The notes below the pieces were generated by a model. The model was not told the origin of the DNA. It saw only the letters and a list, made by a program, of their open reading frames with translations, and did no database searches. A program made the position numbers and the translations under genes. DNA of 64,000 nucleotides from Octopus vulgaris (lineage: Eukaryota): the NCBI GenBank assembly GCA_951406725.2, contig OX597827.1:13392001-13456000 (forward strand), read 5' to 3'. Every line of letters starts with the position of its first letter. Within the stretch, counting starts at the first letter, position 1. Shown in pieces: positions 1-13,252 of this stretch.

Positions 1-403
1 CAGCTTTATAGCTGCAGTCATGCTGGGGCACCACCGTTGACTGTGCTACACGATTATTTGAAACCTCCTATAATATGTGGCATTTGGTGAATGAGGGAGT
101 TTGACGGTGCAGTCCTCATCTGTGTTTCCTCCTGTGAGGTGGGCTCATCTGGAACCATTGACAGGAGGAGATCCAGTGTTGTTTTCAAGACACCTACATC
201 CACACCATGCAGGTCTCTCAGGCATTTTGGAAGGATATTGAATAGCTAGTCCTTTTTTTTTATGGAGATGGTGGGATCTTTTGTACTATGGGCTGGCACC
301 AAATTCTGCTGTTTGTGAAACTTTCAATGCCAAAGTTTGGTACAAGGCCTTCCAGGATTTTCCAGAAGCATATCACTGCATATCTTTCCCGCCCTCATTC
401 TAG
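1..403 (-). mobile_element. CR1-like LINE 3' end (decayed ORF2 C-terminus plus 3' UTR)
   Basis: Minus-strand translation gives [24 protein letters not shown]...LFNILPKCLRDLHGVDV...LDLLLSMVPDEP...SNSLIHQ with stops and a frameshift. This resembles CR1/L2-group ORF2 ends. The 3' UTR reads ggtggtgccccagcatgactgcagc. Confidence 0.7.
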
Positions 404-479
<76 letters not shown>

Positions 480-480
<1 letters not shown>

Positions 481-577
481 AAAAGTAAGATGTGACAATT
501 ATTCGGTAGCCAAGATAAAATATTTACATAATATCGAGGTCCCTTTCTTTCTTTTGTTATCTTACCGTTTTTATCCA
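480..577 (+). mobile_element. short microsatellite-flanked PLE-like element (same family as 55433-55840)
   Basis: 481-520 resembles the left arm at 55433-55472. 520-577 matches the tail at 55785-55840 (ataatatYgaggtcYctttctttcttttgttatcttaccgtttt). Confidence 0.7.
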
Positions 578-766
578 TATATATATATATATATATATAT
601 ACACGGATAGATCGATAGATAGATAGATAGATAGATATACATACATACATATATATAAATATATATATACATATATATATATATATAAGTATACACATAT
701 ATATACATATATATATATATATAAATATACACATATATATATAAATATATATATTTATATATATAC

Positions 767-816
<50 letters not shown>

Positions 817-818
<2 letters not shown>

Positions 819-1254
819 TTAAAAATGAGGGTGTCTGAGAGACACCACCATGCTGAACTAGCAGTCAAAACTCTTACGTACATATGTATGTATGGACGTT
901 CGTATATGTAAGTATATCGTTTTTTCTGCATATATATATCTGTATTTATGTACTCTTGATTTATTCAACCGATGACGGTAAAGCTTATTTAAAGCAAAAC
1001 CAGAAATCCTGGATCTTGAATTATTCAATAACTTTTGCTTGTCTATTTTGTCCCTCTGTCTTATCTCATGGTACGATATGAATATTTAATGTGGTTTTTA
1101 TAGTCAGAGTTTCGACTGCTATTTCGGCATGGTGGTGTCTCTCAGACACCCTCATTTTTAATTGTAAAAAAATTATTACCCTTGTACGGTATTTCTTCCC
1201 ATGCTGGCCACTTGATAATATCGATATTTAAATATCGATATTGTCCTCATTTAT
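817..1254 (+). mobile_element. TA-flanked non-autonomous element with inverted arms and internal hammerhead
   Basis: Inverted repeat 817-874 / 1106-1163. Tail atgctggccact + hairpin (1214-1245) + cctcatttat, followed by (TA)n. Confidence 0.75.
963..1021 (+). ncRNA. type I hammerhead ribozyme motif
   Basis: attcaa CCGATGA c-ggt..acc-a GAAA tcc-t-gga TC ttgaat. Stem I is 6 bp, stem III is palindromic, predicted AUC cleavage after 1015. Confidence 0.75.
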
Positions 1255-1391
1255 AAATATATATATATACACACACACACATATATATATATATACATAT
1301 ATGTAAATGTATATATATATAAATATATATATATAGAGAGAGAGATAGATAGATAGATAGATAATAGATTGATAGATATATACATACATAT

Positions 1392-1449
<58 letters not shown>

Positions 1450-1468
1450 TATATATACATATCTGTAA

Positions 1469-1508
<40 letters not shown>

Positions 1509-1558
1509 CACTCACATGTGTGTGTGTGAGTAGCTTGTGTGTGCATGTTTGTGTAAGC

Positions 1559-1593
<35 letters not shown>

Positions 1594-2354
1594 TTCCTTT
1601 GTCGGCTTGGTATGAGGATTGAACTGATTCATTTTATCTTTCTTATGATTCATCTGTCCTTGCTCACCTCCACCATCCCGAAGCTGTTGAAGGCAAGCTG
1701 TGCACAACTACTGAGTAAAAAAACTTGTTTTATGATTGGGCCTAATTTCACAGCAAAACCAAATATATGCTTATTAAGCACCGTATGCATATTTATTTAT
1801 TATTAATATCCTGAGATCATTTTAGTTCATTGCACTCTTTCCTAAAAATGTACTTAGCTAAGCTAAAAGAAGTCAATGTATAATTTACAGCATTAGTTAG
1901 TATGTGTTAGTATCTTTATTTATATATGTAGCCGAACGGTGTTAACAAAGGGGATTTTTAAGTGCTCAGCATGTGTTGTATTGACACAGCACACATTACA
2001 GGTTATATGAACACAAGTGCTTTGCTACGGATGGCATGATTGTTGGTTTCCTATATAAAGATAATCAATTAGAAGATTTCAGTTGAGTTTGTACAGGCAA
2101 GGGTATTATTTAGGAAAAAATGAAAATGAAAAATGGAAATATGATGTGTACCTGTGTAAATCTATAAAAATATGTATGTCTATGTGTGCATGTGTGTTGT
2201 GTAAGTATAAGCACTGACAGGGATGTGTGGTTGAGAAGTTTGTTTCTGAACTATGTGACTATCAGTTCAATCCCATGGTATGCCACTTTGGACAAAAGTC
2301 TTCTGCTATAGTTCTAAGCCAACCAATGCCTTGAGAAAGCATACAAACACACAT

Positions 2355-2406
<52 letters not shown>

Positions 2407-2498
2407 CACTCTCCGGACATTTGTACATTACTGCATATGCTTTATACGCACTTTTGACAAGTCGTGGTGCACCTGAGCACTGTATACTATAATTTCAT

Positions 2499-2528
<30 letters not shown>

Positions 2529-2529
<1 letters not shown>

Positions 2530-2763
2530 CAACTTATAAATAAGGGCAAACGAAAAAATTTGTCCATTACCATATAATTTTTCATAATATGAAAAATTAT
2601 ATGGTAATGGACAATATGTCCAATTTTTTGGTATATTTGGCATTAGAAATTTTTTCGTTTGCCCTTATTTATAAGTTGTTTATAATTTTAACCTTTAAAG
2701 GTATTTTTTAATATGCTGGCGATTGATAAAATTTTTTTTCGAAAAAATTTTATCTAACATTAA

Positions 2764-2765
<2 letters not shown>
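2529..2765 (+). mobile_element. TA-flanked foldback element
   Basis: Inverted arms 2529-2561 / 2647-2679, nested palindrome about 2560-2614, tail atgctggc + hairpin similar to 1201-1245. Confidence 0.65.
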
Positions 2766-2796
<31 letters not shown>

Positions 2797-4397
2797 TACA
2801 CATATATATGCATATAAATAGATATACAGACACACCTGTGTGAATGCTTACAATTTATGCTGAAATTAAATGTTACCATTTGTAACTGGGCTATTACAGA
2901 ATAAGCATCTGGCTGTAAAACCTTTTTTCATGTAGCTTCTTCTTTTGGACCATGCTAATACAGAAAATCAGTAGAGGTAGAGAATGAATAGTAATTTGGT
3001 ATGTAATATTGATTACAAATTTTGGCACAAGGCCAGCAATTTCAAGGGAGGGGCAAGTCAATTACATGGACTCCAGGATTCAGCTGGTACCTATTTTATT
3101 GCCCCTGAGAGGATGAAAGGCAAAGCTGACCTCAGCAGATTTGAACTCAGAATGTAAATATGAACAAAATGCCACTAAGGATTTTGTCCAGTGTGCTAAC
3201 AGTTCTTCGAGTTTGCCACCTTAGTTTGGTATGTGATATTAGTATATCAATTCCATCATCCAGCTCCAGGATGCTAGCCATTTTTATTATACTAATACTA
3301 ATTCTAAGCAGATTTATAAACCAAACAGTGTGTGGAGTGAAAACTTAGTTTTATCATGTTTTTGTCTTTGTATTAGCTTCTCTTTTTCTCTGAATTTCCA
3401 CCAAAAGACCCATTTGTGAGTTGAATGGAACATGGACAAAAAAAGTGAAGTAGATCGATGGACAGACATCTTGACTTGTTCTTATCAAGTCTCAGAATCC
3501 AAATGAACCATTTCAAAAGTTAGGATAATCGCAGGAGCAGTAGTCGGAAATTCCTTGTTAATCAGACTAATAGACAACTTAACATTGGTAAACTTCTATT
3601 TCTGACATAACAAAAGGATTCATAACAATAGCCAGGTGCGGGAGAAGGAGCAGGTGGGAGTCCCCACTCAGGTGAGAATGCTATAGGGCCAGCATTTTTG
3701 GGTCTGCTACATAAGGCTGTAGATGCTTGGTGGCTGAAAGAAGAAGACAAACTCAAGGGTTGCTCTCAGAAGATACTAAAGGCAAAATATACCTACAAAG
3801 GATCTGGCTTGATTCTGTTGGAATATTTCAAATAATTTTACACTTTTAGTTTTAATATTTTGTTACCGATTTTTAATTTTTATTTTATTTTATTTATTTA
3901 TTTATTTATTTATTTTTTTTTGGTATTCAGAGATTCTTTAGAAGTTGTCAAACAAGTAACATCTCAATATATGCATTAATCTGCTCACGTGTTACCTAAG
4001 TCCTATTTTCTAAGAAGCCATAAGCCTCAATTTTTTTTTCAGCAAAACAAATGTCTTAAGCAGAAACTGATAAGATTCGTTCTGTATCAAAAATATATAT
4101 GAGATTTAAATACATAAACACGTAGACTTTAGTGTAGTGACTAGTTCACAGACTTGTAAACGATGTAGGTGTTTTATAGTAATCATAAGCTGTTGCTTCT
4201 TAGGAGTATGATAGAATTAAATAAATACTGATGACAGCTCACTGTCTATAAACTAAGATAGGATAATAAAAAAAAAAAAAACTATGAAACTATTTCATTA
4301 AATCTGTTTCATTTGATGTAATGAATTACAGTTCATTCATTTTATTTGGTATGAAGTGAATACGAGCATGTGTGAGTGCATCACATGCATACATACT

Positions 4398-4447
<50 letters not shown>

Positions 4448-4557
4448 GTAGAATAAGAAATAGAAACAAAAAGTCCTTGGCACAGTATTATATATCTGAA
4501 AAAAATGTATGGGAAAGGCTCCTATGATAGTTTTCCCACTTTGGTAATTAGATGTTT

Positions 4558-4805
4558 CGTGCCGGTGGCACGTTAAAAGCACCAACCGATTGTGGCCGAT
4601 GCCGGACTCTCCTGGCACCTGTGCAGGTGGCACGTAAAAAGCACCCACTACACTCACAGAGTGGTTGGCGTTAGGAAGGGCATCCAGCTGTAGAAACACT
4701 GCCAGATCAGACTGGAGCCTGGTGCAGCCCCTGGCTTCCCAGACACTGGTCGAACCGTCCAACCCATGCTAGCACGGAAAACGGACGTTAAACGATGATG
4801 ATGAT
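4558..4805 (+). mobile_element. family B element with (GAT)n tail (probably RTE-mobilised)
   Basis: gtgccggtggcacg..aaaagcacc units, ggcgttaggaagggcatccagc, ending ccgtccaacccatgctagca..gacgttaaacgatgatgat. Multiple copies in the window. Confidence 0.8.
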
Positions 4806-4959
4806 CAAGTTATTAGATGTTTACAAAAAGTTTACCTGTTGTAAACACCTAATAACTTATAAACATCTAGTTATTAAAGTGGAAAAATTATCAGAAATAT
4901 TCATTTTTCAAATATATGTATATATATACAGTGGGGGGAAATAAATATTCGTACATGCC

Positions 4960-5217
4960 TAGCTCATAAGGGCTGTTTTCTTGGTTTCCTTGGCATATAG
5001 GTTCCCCACCTGGATGGGACGCCGGTGTGTCACAGGTGAGCTTCAAGACGCAGGAGGAAAGAGTGAGAGAAAGTTGTGGCGAAAGAGTCAGCAGAAGTTC
5101 ACCTTTACCTTCTGCCAGAGCGGCGTGGAGCTTAGGTGTTTCACTCATAAACACACACAACACCTGGTCTGAGATTTGAACCCACAATCCCTCGACCACT
5201 AGGCCATGTGCCTCCAC
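4960..5217 (-). mobile_element. family C SINE variant (deleted tRNA head, alternative tail)
   Basis: Shares head and gagtgagagaaagttgtgg middle with 29544-29928, but has a different 3' part (ccccacctggatgggacgcc). Confidence 0.7.
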
Positions 5218-5401
5218 CCTTCCGACTATCATATCTTTGGACCACTCAAAAATGGTTTACAAAGTTGTTGATTTCCTACAGGGGAAGATATGAAGGAAGT
5301 GGTGCATAAATGGTTGAACGGCTAACTGAAAACCTTCTTCTTGGAGGGAATATCCAAGCTTGTGGACAGCTGAACCAAGGGTATCGAAAAGGAAGAAGAC
5401 T
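5218..5401 (+). pseudogene. mariner transposase C-terminal relic
   Basis: PSDYHIFGPLKNGL...EDMKEVVHKWL...FFLEGISKLVDS*TKGIEKEED, matching the mariner PSDYHLF / FF.EGI.KL..RW.KC motifs, with stops. Confidence 0.75.
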
Positions 5402-5418
5402 CTTTTTTTTTTTCTTTT

Positions 5419-5804
5419 TCTTGTTTCAGTCATTTGACTGTGGCCATGCTGGAGCACCGCCTTTAGTCGAGCAAATCGACCCCGGGACTTATTCTTTGTA
5501 AGCCCAGTACTTATTCTATCGGTCTCTTTTGCTGAACCGCTAAGTGACGGGGACGTAAACACACAAGCATCGGTTGTCAAGCAATGCTAGGGGGACAAAC
5601 ACACACACACACAAACACACATATATATATATACATATATACGACAGGCTTCTTTCAGTTTCCGTCTACCAAATCTACTCACAAGGCATTGCTCGGCCCG
5701 GGGCTATAGCAGAAGACACTTGCCCATGATGCCACACAGTGGGACTGAACCCAGAACCATGTGGTTGGTAAGCAAGCTACTTACCACACAGCCACTCCTG
5801 CACC
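5419..5804 (-). mobile_element. family A tRNA-derived SINE, full length
   Basis: A box ggctgtgtggtaag, B box gggttcagtccc, internal (TA)/(TG) tract, 3' end gactgaaacaag. Near-identical to many other copies. Confidence 0.9.
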
Positions 5805-6199
5805 TATTATTAATATCTAGCTAATTAATACATGATTTTTTCATATTTGTTGGTTAATTTGTAGCCATAAATATTGAAGAGAGTGTGATATTTTGATAAA
5901 CTAGACAATTGAAAGATGACTTGTCTACTCAGAGCTGAGTGGCTGAGAAATTTTCTATGAAACAGGTGAGATACCTGTAAAAACTAAAGTACTAGTTTAT
6001 CCCACTAACATTTATAATAATTAAGTGACAGGTACTCAGTAGTGTAACTGGAAAAACAGTTTCTCAGCAATCGATATATATGTCATCTGAGGCAGATCAA
6101 GCCAGGTCTGTTGTTTACTCACTGCTTCAAATTTGGACTTGCAAAGCCATATATGATTAATATTAAAATTGAAGAGAGCTGTGTCTGATAGACTAATTG

Positions 6200-6270
6200 T
6201 ACATACATATGTATAATATACATTTGTATGTATATTATATATACATATATATATATATACACACACACAC

Positions 6271-6319
<49 letters not shown>

Positions 6320-6620
6320 TATTTACATATATATATGTATATATATATATACACACATATATGTGTATATATATGTATATATATATACACACACATATAT
6401 ACACATATACATATATATACATATATATAATACATATATGAATATATGTATGTATATATATATATATATATATGTATGTATATATTCATATATGTATGTA
6501 GATATATATATATACATATATATATTATATATAATATATATATACACACACAGACTTGCATAAATATACATATACACACACATATATATATATACACATG
6601 CATGTATATATTTATACGTA
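6200..6620. repeat. compound (TA)/(CA) microsatellite
   Basis: Visible low-complexity dinucleotide array. Confidence 0.95.
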
Positions 6621-7841
6621 TCTGTGTAAACACAATACACACCACAAATACACCACACACAATATTTTTATGTATAGTATGCACCGTATGTTTGACTGTA
6701 CCTAAGCAATGAAGATTTGTATATATATATATATATAATGTATATGTATTTATGTGTGCGTGTATTTAAGGAAAGTATGTGTTTGTATGTAATTATACAT
6801 GCAAATATATCATACATATCTATATTGATATATATGTATGATATATACAAGTGTTTACTAAAGCATCAGTATAGGTATATATATATATATATACATACAT
6901 GTGTGTGTACAACTTTCAGTTTTCTCTCGCACACACTGTCTTTGTGATCCTTTTGATGTAGTATAAAGCTTTTATCTCTGTTTATATACCAACAAAACTA
7001 CTTAATATCAAATACATGTATGAAAGGCTTTCCGGATGCAGTGTAAAAAAAAAAAAAAAAAAAAAAAAGGAAAAAAGGAGAGAAAAAAAAAAATTATTAA
7101 AATAAAGTAAATTTTGTTTTCTGCCACCAAAATATGCTAAATAAAGGAATCCATTGTTCTGTCATTTGTTTCGTCATGGTGAAAGCTTTCTGTGATCATT
7201 AATTTGTCTTTTTCTTTTTATTATTTATTTGAGCATTCATTGAAATATCTGTGTCCCGTTTGGTTGCTATTGAAGCATATTGTCAGCAGTTTTGTGTAAT
7301 AGCAAATTCAGTGTACATCACACTTACATTGAAGTTTTGTAGCCTTAATCATCTAAATTATTCAAGGAGACAGCTAGTTGACTTGAATAAAACATGGGAA
7401 CAGAGTGCTGGAGAGTTTAAGCACAGCATGCAACTCCAACGTCAATGGGAGATATTAATTACGTGAATTGATTGAGGTATTTTTCACATATATGCCATGC
7501 AGCTTATATGTAAGCGATTCAGCAGCCATAACTGTATCTATCACAATGCTGCTCAGATATGTAACAAAGAAAGCCAATGAAATCTCAATTTATAGCTGAG
7601 ATTTTCATTTACGAAAACCTCTAAAACACCTCCTGCTGCACATTAAATTCTGTGAGAAATTATAAATTTCGCTGAGACATCTTGGAAACTTTATTGCTGT
7701 GTCAGCTCTGATATTGAATTTATGATAGAGAAAAGTAATATAATAAATATTATATCTCTTTTGACTCTTTCTTTAGAATTTTGTACTTTACTGCTTCACC
7801 GGTAATAATATTTACTCTATAAGGTTAAAATTTTATGTTAT

Positions 7842-8264
7842 CTCTTTTACTCTTTACTCTTTTACTTGTTTCAGTCATTTGACTGCGGCCATGCTGGAGC
7901 ACCGCCTTTAGTCGAGCAAATCGACCCCGGGACTTATTCTTTGTAAGCCCAGTACTTATTCTATCGGTCTCTTTTGCCGAACCGCTAAGTGACGGGGACG
8001 TAAACACACCAGCATCGGTTGTCAAGCAATGCTAGGGGGACAAACACAGACACACAAACACACACACATATACAATATATATATATATATACACATATAT
8101 ACGACAGGCTTCTTTCAGTTTCCGTCTACCAAATCCACTCACAAGGCATTGGTTGGCCCGGGGCTATAGCAGAAGACACTTGCCCAAGATGCCACGCAGT
8201 GGGATTGAACCCAGAACCATGTGGTTGGTTAGCAAGCTACTTACCACACAGCCACTCCTGCGCC
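7842..8264 (-). mobile_element. family A SINE, full length
   Basis: Same structure as 5419-5804, with (taaaagag)n tail. Confidence 0.9.
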
Positions 8265-8701
8265 TATATATTTGTTCTTTATATTCTTTATATCACATTT
8301 GGTAAACAATGGTATTGTTGATGAAAGATTTCCAGTGGACCTTACATTGGTTCATTGCATCTTTAAAAGAAAGAGTAAGAAGAGATTTCTTGTGCAACTT
8401 GGGTAGAATAACAACCACAGATATCATTTTTATACAACAGGCCTGTATTCCTTTTTTTTTTGTTTTTGTTATCTCAATTACGTTATATCTTTTACAAAAG
8501 ATGTACACAAACATTCGGATACAAATGCACACAGAAGCACATACGCATATAGATAAATTTTCACAGACACATATACACGTACATGATGGGGCTGCACATA
8601 GTTTCTGCCAACTAAATCTTACTTCCTAGCAATCAAGGTTATGGTAGAGATGTACAAAGGTACACTGTTGTTTCTATCAGGCTCAGAGCCAAGTTCTTGC
8701 A

Positions 8702-8734
<33 letters not shown>

Positions 8735-8882
8735 ATAAACTTCATAAATTTTCTAGGATATACATTTTGATGTGCTTTTCTACATGTATATTTGCATATA
8801 TACGTATATGCACATATGTGTAAATATATGTATGTGTATATATATACATATATGTACATATATGTGCATATATATATGCACA

Positions 8883-8925
<43 letters not shown>

Positions 8926-9609
8926 AAATATATGTATATGTATAAATACATATATACATATACATTTATATATATATATATATATTTATATATCGTTACC
9001 TGCGTCGCCTTACTCGCACTTGTGCTGGTGGCACATGAAAAAACATTCGAGTGAGGTCGTTGCCAATGCCGCTGGACTGGCTCCTGTGCAAGTGGCACAT
9101 AAAAAGCCCCATTTGTGCATGGCCATTGTTAGTACTGTCTGACTGGCCCTCGTGCCGGTGGCACATAAAAGCACCTACTACACTCTCGACAATGAATCGA
9201 CAACCTCAAGTAACTTTCCCTTAACAAAAATTTTAGTGGGGTTACTAACTTGCAGCTTAATGCATTACAACTGTTTTTTTCAAGTTGATGGTCAAGCCAA
9301 AATCATTACAAGCTGAGTCAAATGCAAGAAATTGCAGACCTGTTTCAGAATGACTGACAAGATCGCAATCGTCAGCGTACAAAAGTTCCCTAATGAGTGA
9401 AGTAAAAACCTTCATTTTGAATTTCAGTCTGGTCAGATTAAAAACATACCTTATTGTTTGATATTTTATTTAAATACCCTGCTTGGAGTTTTGAAAAGCA
9501 TGTGACAACAAAACAGCAAAGTATATTGCAAAGAGGGTGGGTGCATCAAGGTCTCCTTGCTTTACTCCATTTTCCATTGCAAAAGATTCAGAGAGCCTAC
9601 CACCAAAAT

Positions 9610-9775
9610 TAACTCTAGCTTTCATATCTTGATGCAAATCCCTGACCATGTTTACAAATTTTCCTTAGAATTAGCCACAAGGCATTTTGATTAACAATAT
9701 CGAATCCTTCACTCAAATCAACAAAGCAATGGTATAGAGCAAGATTCTGTTCAATGCACTTTTCTTGTAATTGTC
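9610..9775 (-). pseudogene. RTE-type reverse transcriptase fragment
   Basis: RQLQEKCIEQNLALYHCFVDLSEGFDIVNQNALWLILRK, matching the RT motif F(V/I)DxxKAFD. Confidence 0.75.
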
Positions 9776-9976
9776 TAAATATATATATACATATATATAT
9801 GGATGGCCGTTGACTGCTCAGGAGTTCATCCGCCCTTTGACAGATCTTATTTTTCATCCCGCAGGTAGTCCAACAATACTCTCCTCACCAAACAAGCCTG
9901 GTGGGGTTGTCAGTTTAGTCGCTGACGACCCGACCATGCGACAGCTTGTACTGGATTACATGTTACCAGTAGCACT

Positions 9977-10190
9977 CATATAACAATGATTAAGTAATGT
10001 AAAAAAAGTAAATAAAACGTATATATTTGGTAGAATAACTATATATTTATTTACTTTTTTTGCACATTACTTAATCATTGTTATATGTTTTATCTCATAT
10101 TTAATCTGTCTATAATTGTAATTTTTCTAAATGGTATAATTTAATTTTTCATTATTGAATTGATAAAAGGTGGGTTTTTTTCTCATTTAT
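9977..10190 (+). mobile_element. TA-ended element with inverted 5' arm
   Basis: Arms 9977-10015 / 10046-10087. A second family member lies at 22331-22488. Confidence 0.6.
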
Positions 10191-10212
10191 ATATATATAT
10201 ATATATATATAT

Positions 10213-11447
10213 AACAAAGTTGAGTTGTGGTGTATCGCACGAGTGGAATTATATACGAAAGAAGGTTTGAAAATGCAATTTAAAAGATGTTTATTTACTT
10301 AACCGGTTTCACTCTTTGGAAAAAGATTGTCAAAAGTAACATAGAATATTATGAATTCAAAAAAGTTTTTTACATAATTGCCACATTACATGTATATATA
10401 CAGTCTTTGGTAACAGGGACATGTTAAGGACATAAAGAAGTACAACAGTGTGATGAGAATATTTGAAAAAATGGGCAGAAAAGAATAAAACAAATGCGCG
10501 CACGGGCGGGCACGCATATATACACACACCATCCTACCCCCAAAAATTCTTTAAACAACACACATCTATTTTTGCCACCCTGGAACCATTCAAAAACAGC
10601 CCCCACACACATGCAGACGCTTGTATACGTGTGTGTGCACGCACACTCACACCAGTCTCACCTCCATACAGGCACATATATACACACGCAGCACCATGTC
10701 AAATGTCATCCATACTCATGCATGTGTACACACGCACGCACACACGCACACATGCACGCGCACACACACGCACACACAACACCATGACAACCACACACGC
10801 TTGACAAACAGACGCCATCTGACCAAATACTACAGACACACAGACACATCTATTCACACACACGCAGAGAGACACATATTCACCTCATCCTAACCCCAAA
10901 ATCATTGATGCTTGAAGGAAAGCCAAAAACAGAAAAAAACGGGTACATCTTTCTCAATCCTACATTTCTGCTAAAACAGACAGGTCAGTAAACAAGCTCG
11001 CCTTGAATTCATAATATTCTGTACTGACCCTGAGATGTATAATATATTTATTTTAATCTTTTCTGCCCATTTTTTCAAATATTCTCATCATACTGTTGTA
11101 CTTTCTTATGTCCTTAACATGTCCTTGTTACCAAAGACTGTATATATACATGTAATGTGGCAATTTGCAACAACCAATAATTAACACAACCAAACTTCCA
11201 ATAATATATTTGTTTTATTCTTTTCTGCCCATTTTTTCAAATATTCTCATCACACTGTTGTACTTCTTTATGTCCTTAACATGTCCCTGTTACCAAAGAC
11301 TGTATATATACATGTAATGTGGCAATTATGTAAAAAAACCTTTTTGAATTCATAATATTCTATGTTACTTTTGACAATCTTTTTCCAAAGAGTGAAACCG
11401 GTTAAGTAAATAAACATCTTTTAAATTGCATTTTCAAACCTTCTTTC

Positions 11448-11454
<7 letters not shown>
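10213..11454. mobile_element. TA-flanked element with ~245 bp inverted arms, each carrying a hammerhead-like motif
   Basis: 10250-10495 is the reverse complement of 11208-11454. A partial third copy is at 11056-11166. The interior is CA-rich. Confidence 0.8.
11365..11409 (+). ncRNA. hammerhead motif, U3-A8 core variant (mirror copy 10295-10339, minus)
   Basis: ttactt TTGACAA tcttt-ttcc-aaaga gt GAAA ccgg TT aagtaa. The stem II junction is imperfect. Confidence 0.55.
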
Positions 11455-11504
<50 letters not shown>

Positions 11505-11738
11505 CATGGCACATAAAAAGCACTATCTGAACATGATTGATGCCAGGCCCACCTGACTGGCTCTTGTGCCAGTGGCACGTAAAAAGCATTCACTACACTC
11601 TCAGAGTGGTCGGCATTAGGAAGGGCATCCAGCTGTAGAAACATTGCCAGATCAGTTTGGAGCCTGGTGCAGCTGCTGGCTCTCCAAACCTCAGTCAAAC
11701 CATTAAACCCATGCCAGCATAGAAAATGGACGCTAAAC

Positions 11739-11777
<39 letters not shown>
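11505..11777 (+). mobile_element. family B element with (GAT)n tail
   Basis: Similar to 4558-4805. Confidence 0.8.
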
Positions 11778-11779
<2 letters not shown>

Positions 11780-12595
11780 ATTTAATTATTCATTTATTTA
11801 TCACCTGACGAGATACATATCTGCATCACCGGATGCTCCTGAACCAGCTGTTGAGTGTCCCACCTAAGAGTAATCAATGCTAGATGTGTCGAAACAATTG
11901 TCTTCATTAATAATAAATTCTCATATATTCCATCTTCCATCTTTCATTTGATATGTATATATATGAGTGTGTGTATATTTGTATGTACATATCTATATTT
12001 ATAAGTGTGTGTATGAGTGCATCTTTGTGTCTGTATTTGTCCCCCACCCCTCACACTTGACAACCAGCACTGGTTTGTTTATGTCTCTGTAGCTTAAGCT
12101 GTGACTGAGGTTGCCTAAACACTTATATTGCATGCTTTTAACAGCATTAAGAGATTTTAACTTTTATTTCTTACAAAATAGGTGTTTCAGCACCTTTAGT
12201 CATAATTAGTAAGCATAAAATTTTTCTTTTATGTTATAATATTGTGTCTTGCAATTTATATATATATACATACATACATACATACATAAATACGCAATAC
12301 ACACACGCATATATATATATATATGACTGGATAATAATATGTCATAATATTATATATTCTCTGGTTTGTTTCTGAATATTAAATATATATATATATATAT
12401 ATTGTTAAAATATGTTAAATTAAAATAAAATAATATATATGAACATATACAATATATATATATATATATTATTGTATATGTTCATATATATTATTTTATT
12501 TAAATTTACAATAAAGGTTGACAGTTATTTTGATGCATATATATATATATATATATACACACACAGATATACATATAAATATATATATATATATA

Positions 12596-13252
12596 TACAA
12601 TTAAGGATATGAAGAGAAGGAGAGCTCCTGGCACATCAGGAATTACCACTGAGATGCTTAAAATATCTGGCAAGGTGGGTATTGGTCTGGTCACCCATAT
12701 TATAAATCAGGTGGTTTATGAAGGAGTCATACCCAATGACTGGTGTAGCAGCATCATAGTCAATGGCTACAAAGGTAAAGCTGATGCCCAAGACAGAAAT
12801 AATTACCAAGGTATCAAACTGTTGGATCTGATGATGAATGTTACAGAGAGGGTCATAGCCCACAGGAGAGAGTTAGTCTAGATGAGATGCAGTTTCCTTT
12901 TGTGCCAGAGAGAAGACCACTGATGTTTCATTTCTGGTAAGGCTGCTGCAGGAGGAATACATAACCAAAGATAAACCTCTGTACTTGGCTTTTGTTGATT
13001 TGGAGAAAGCCTTCGACAGGGTCCCCCAATCCCTTATCTGGTGGTCAATGTGGAAACTAGGGATAGATGAGTAGTTGGTGAGAACTGTACAAGCCATGTA
13101 TAGGGACACTATCAGTAAGGTGAGGATTGGTAACAAGTACAGCAGAGAACTCAGGATAGATGTAGGGGTTCACCAAGGACCAGTTCTCAGCCCCTTCTTG
13201 TTTTTCATAGTCCTCCAGGCAATAACAGAGGAATTTAAGACAGGCTGCCCCT
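12596..13252 (+). pseudogene. RTE-clade LINE reverse transcriptase fragment
   Basis: APGTSGITTEMLK...IPNDW...YKGKAD...NYQGIKLL, then after frameshifts LYLAFVDLEKAFDRVP...GVHQGPVLSPFLF. Contains an in-frame stop. Confidence 0.9.

Noticed and set aside
4228-4260. ctgatga followed by a small hairpin
   Set aside because: No GAAA or stem I/III, so it is not a hammerhead.
5866-6160. Two putative exons with a 66-nt GT-AG intron and cactaac branch point
   Set aside because: The upstream segment has stops in the joining frame and no recognisable protein. It cannot be supported without RNA data.
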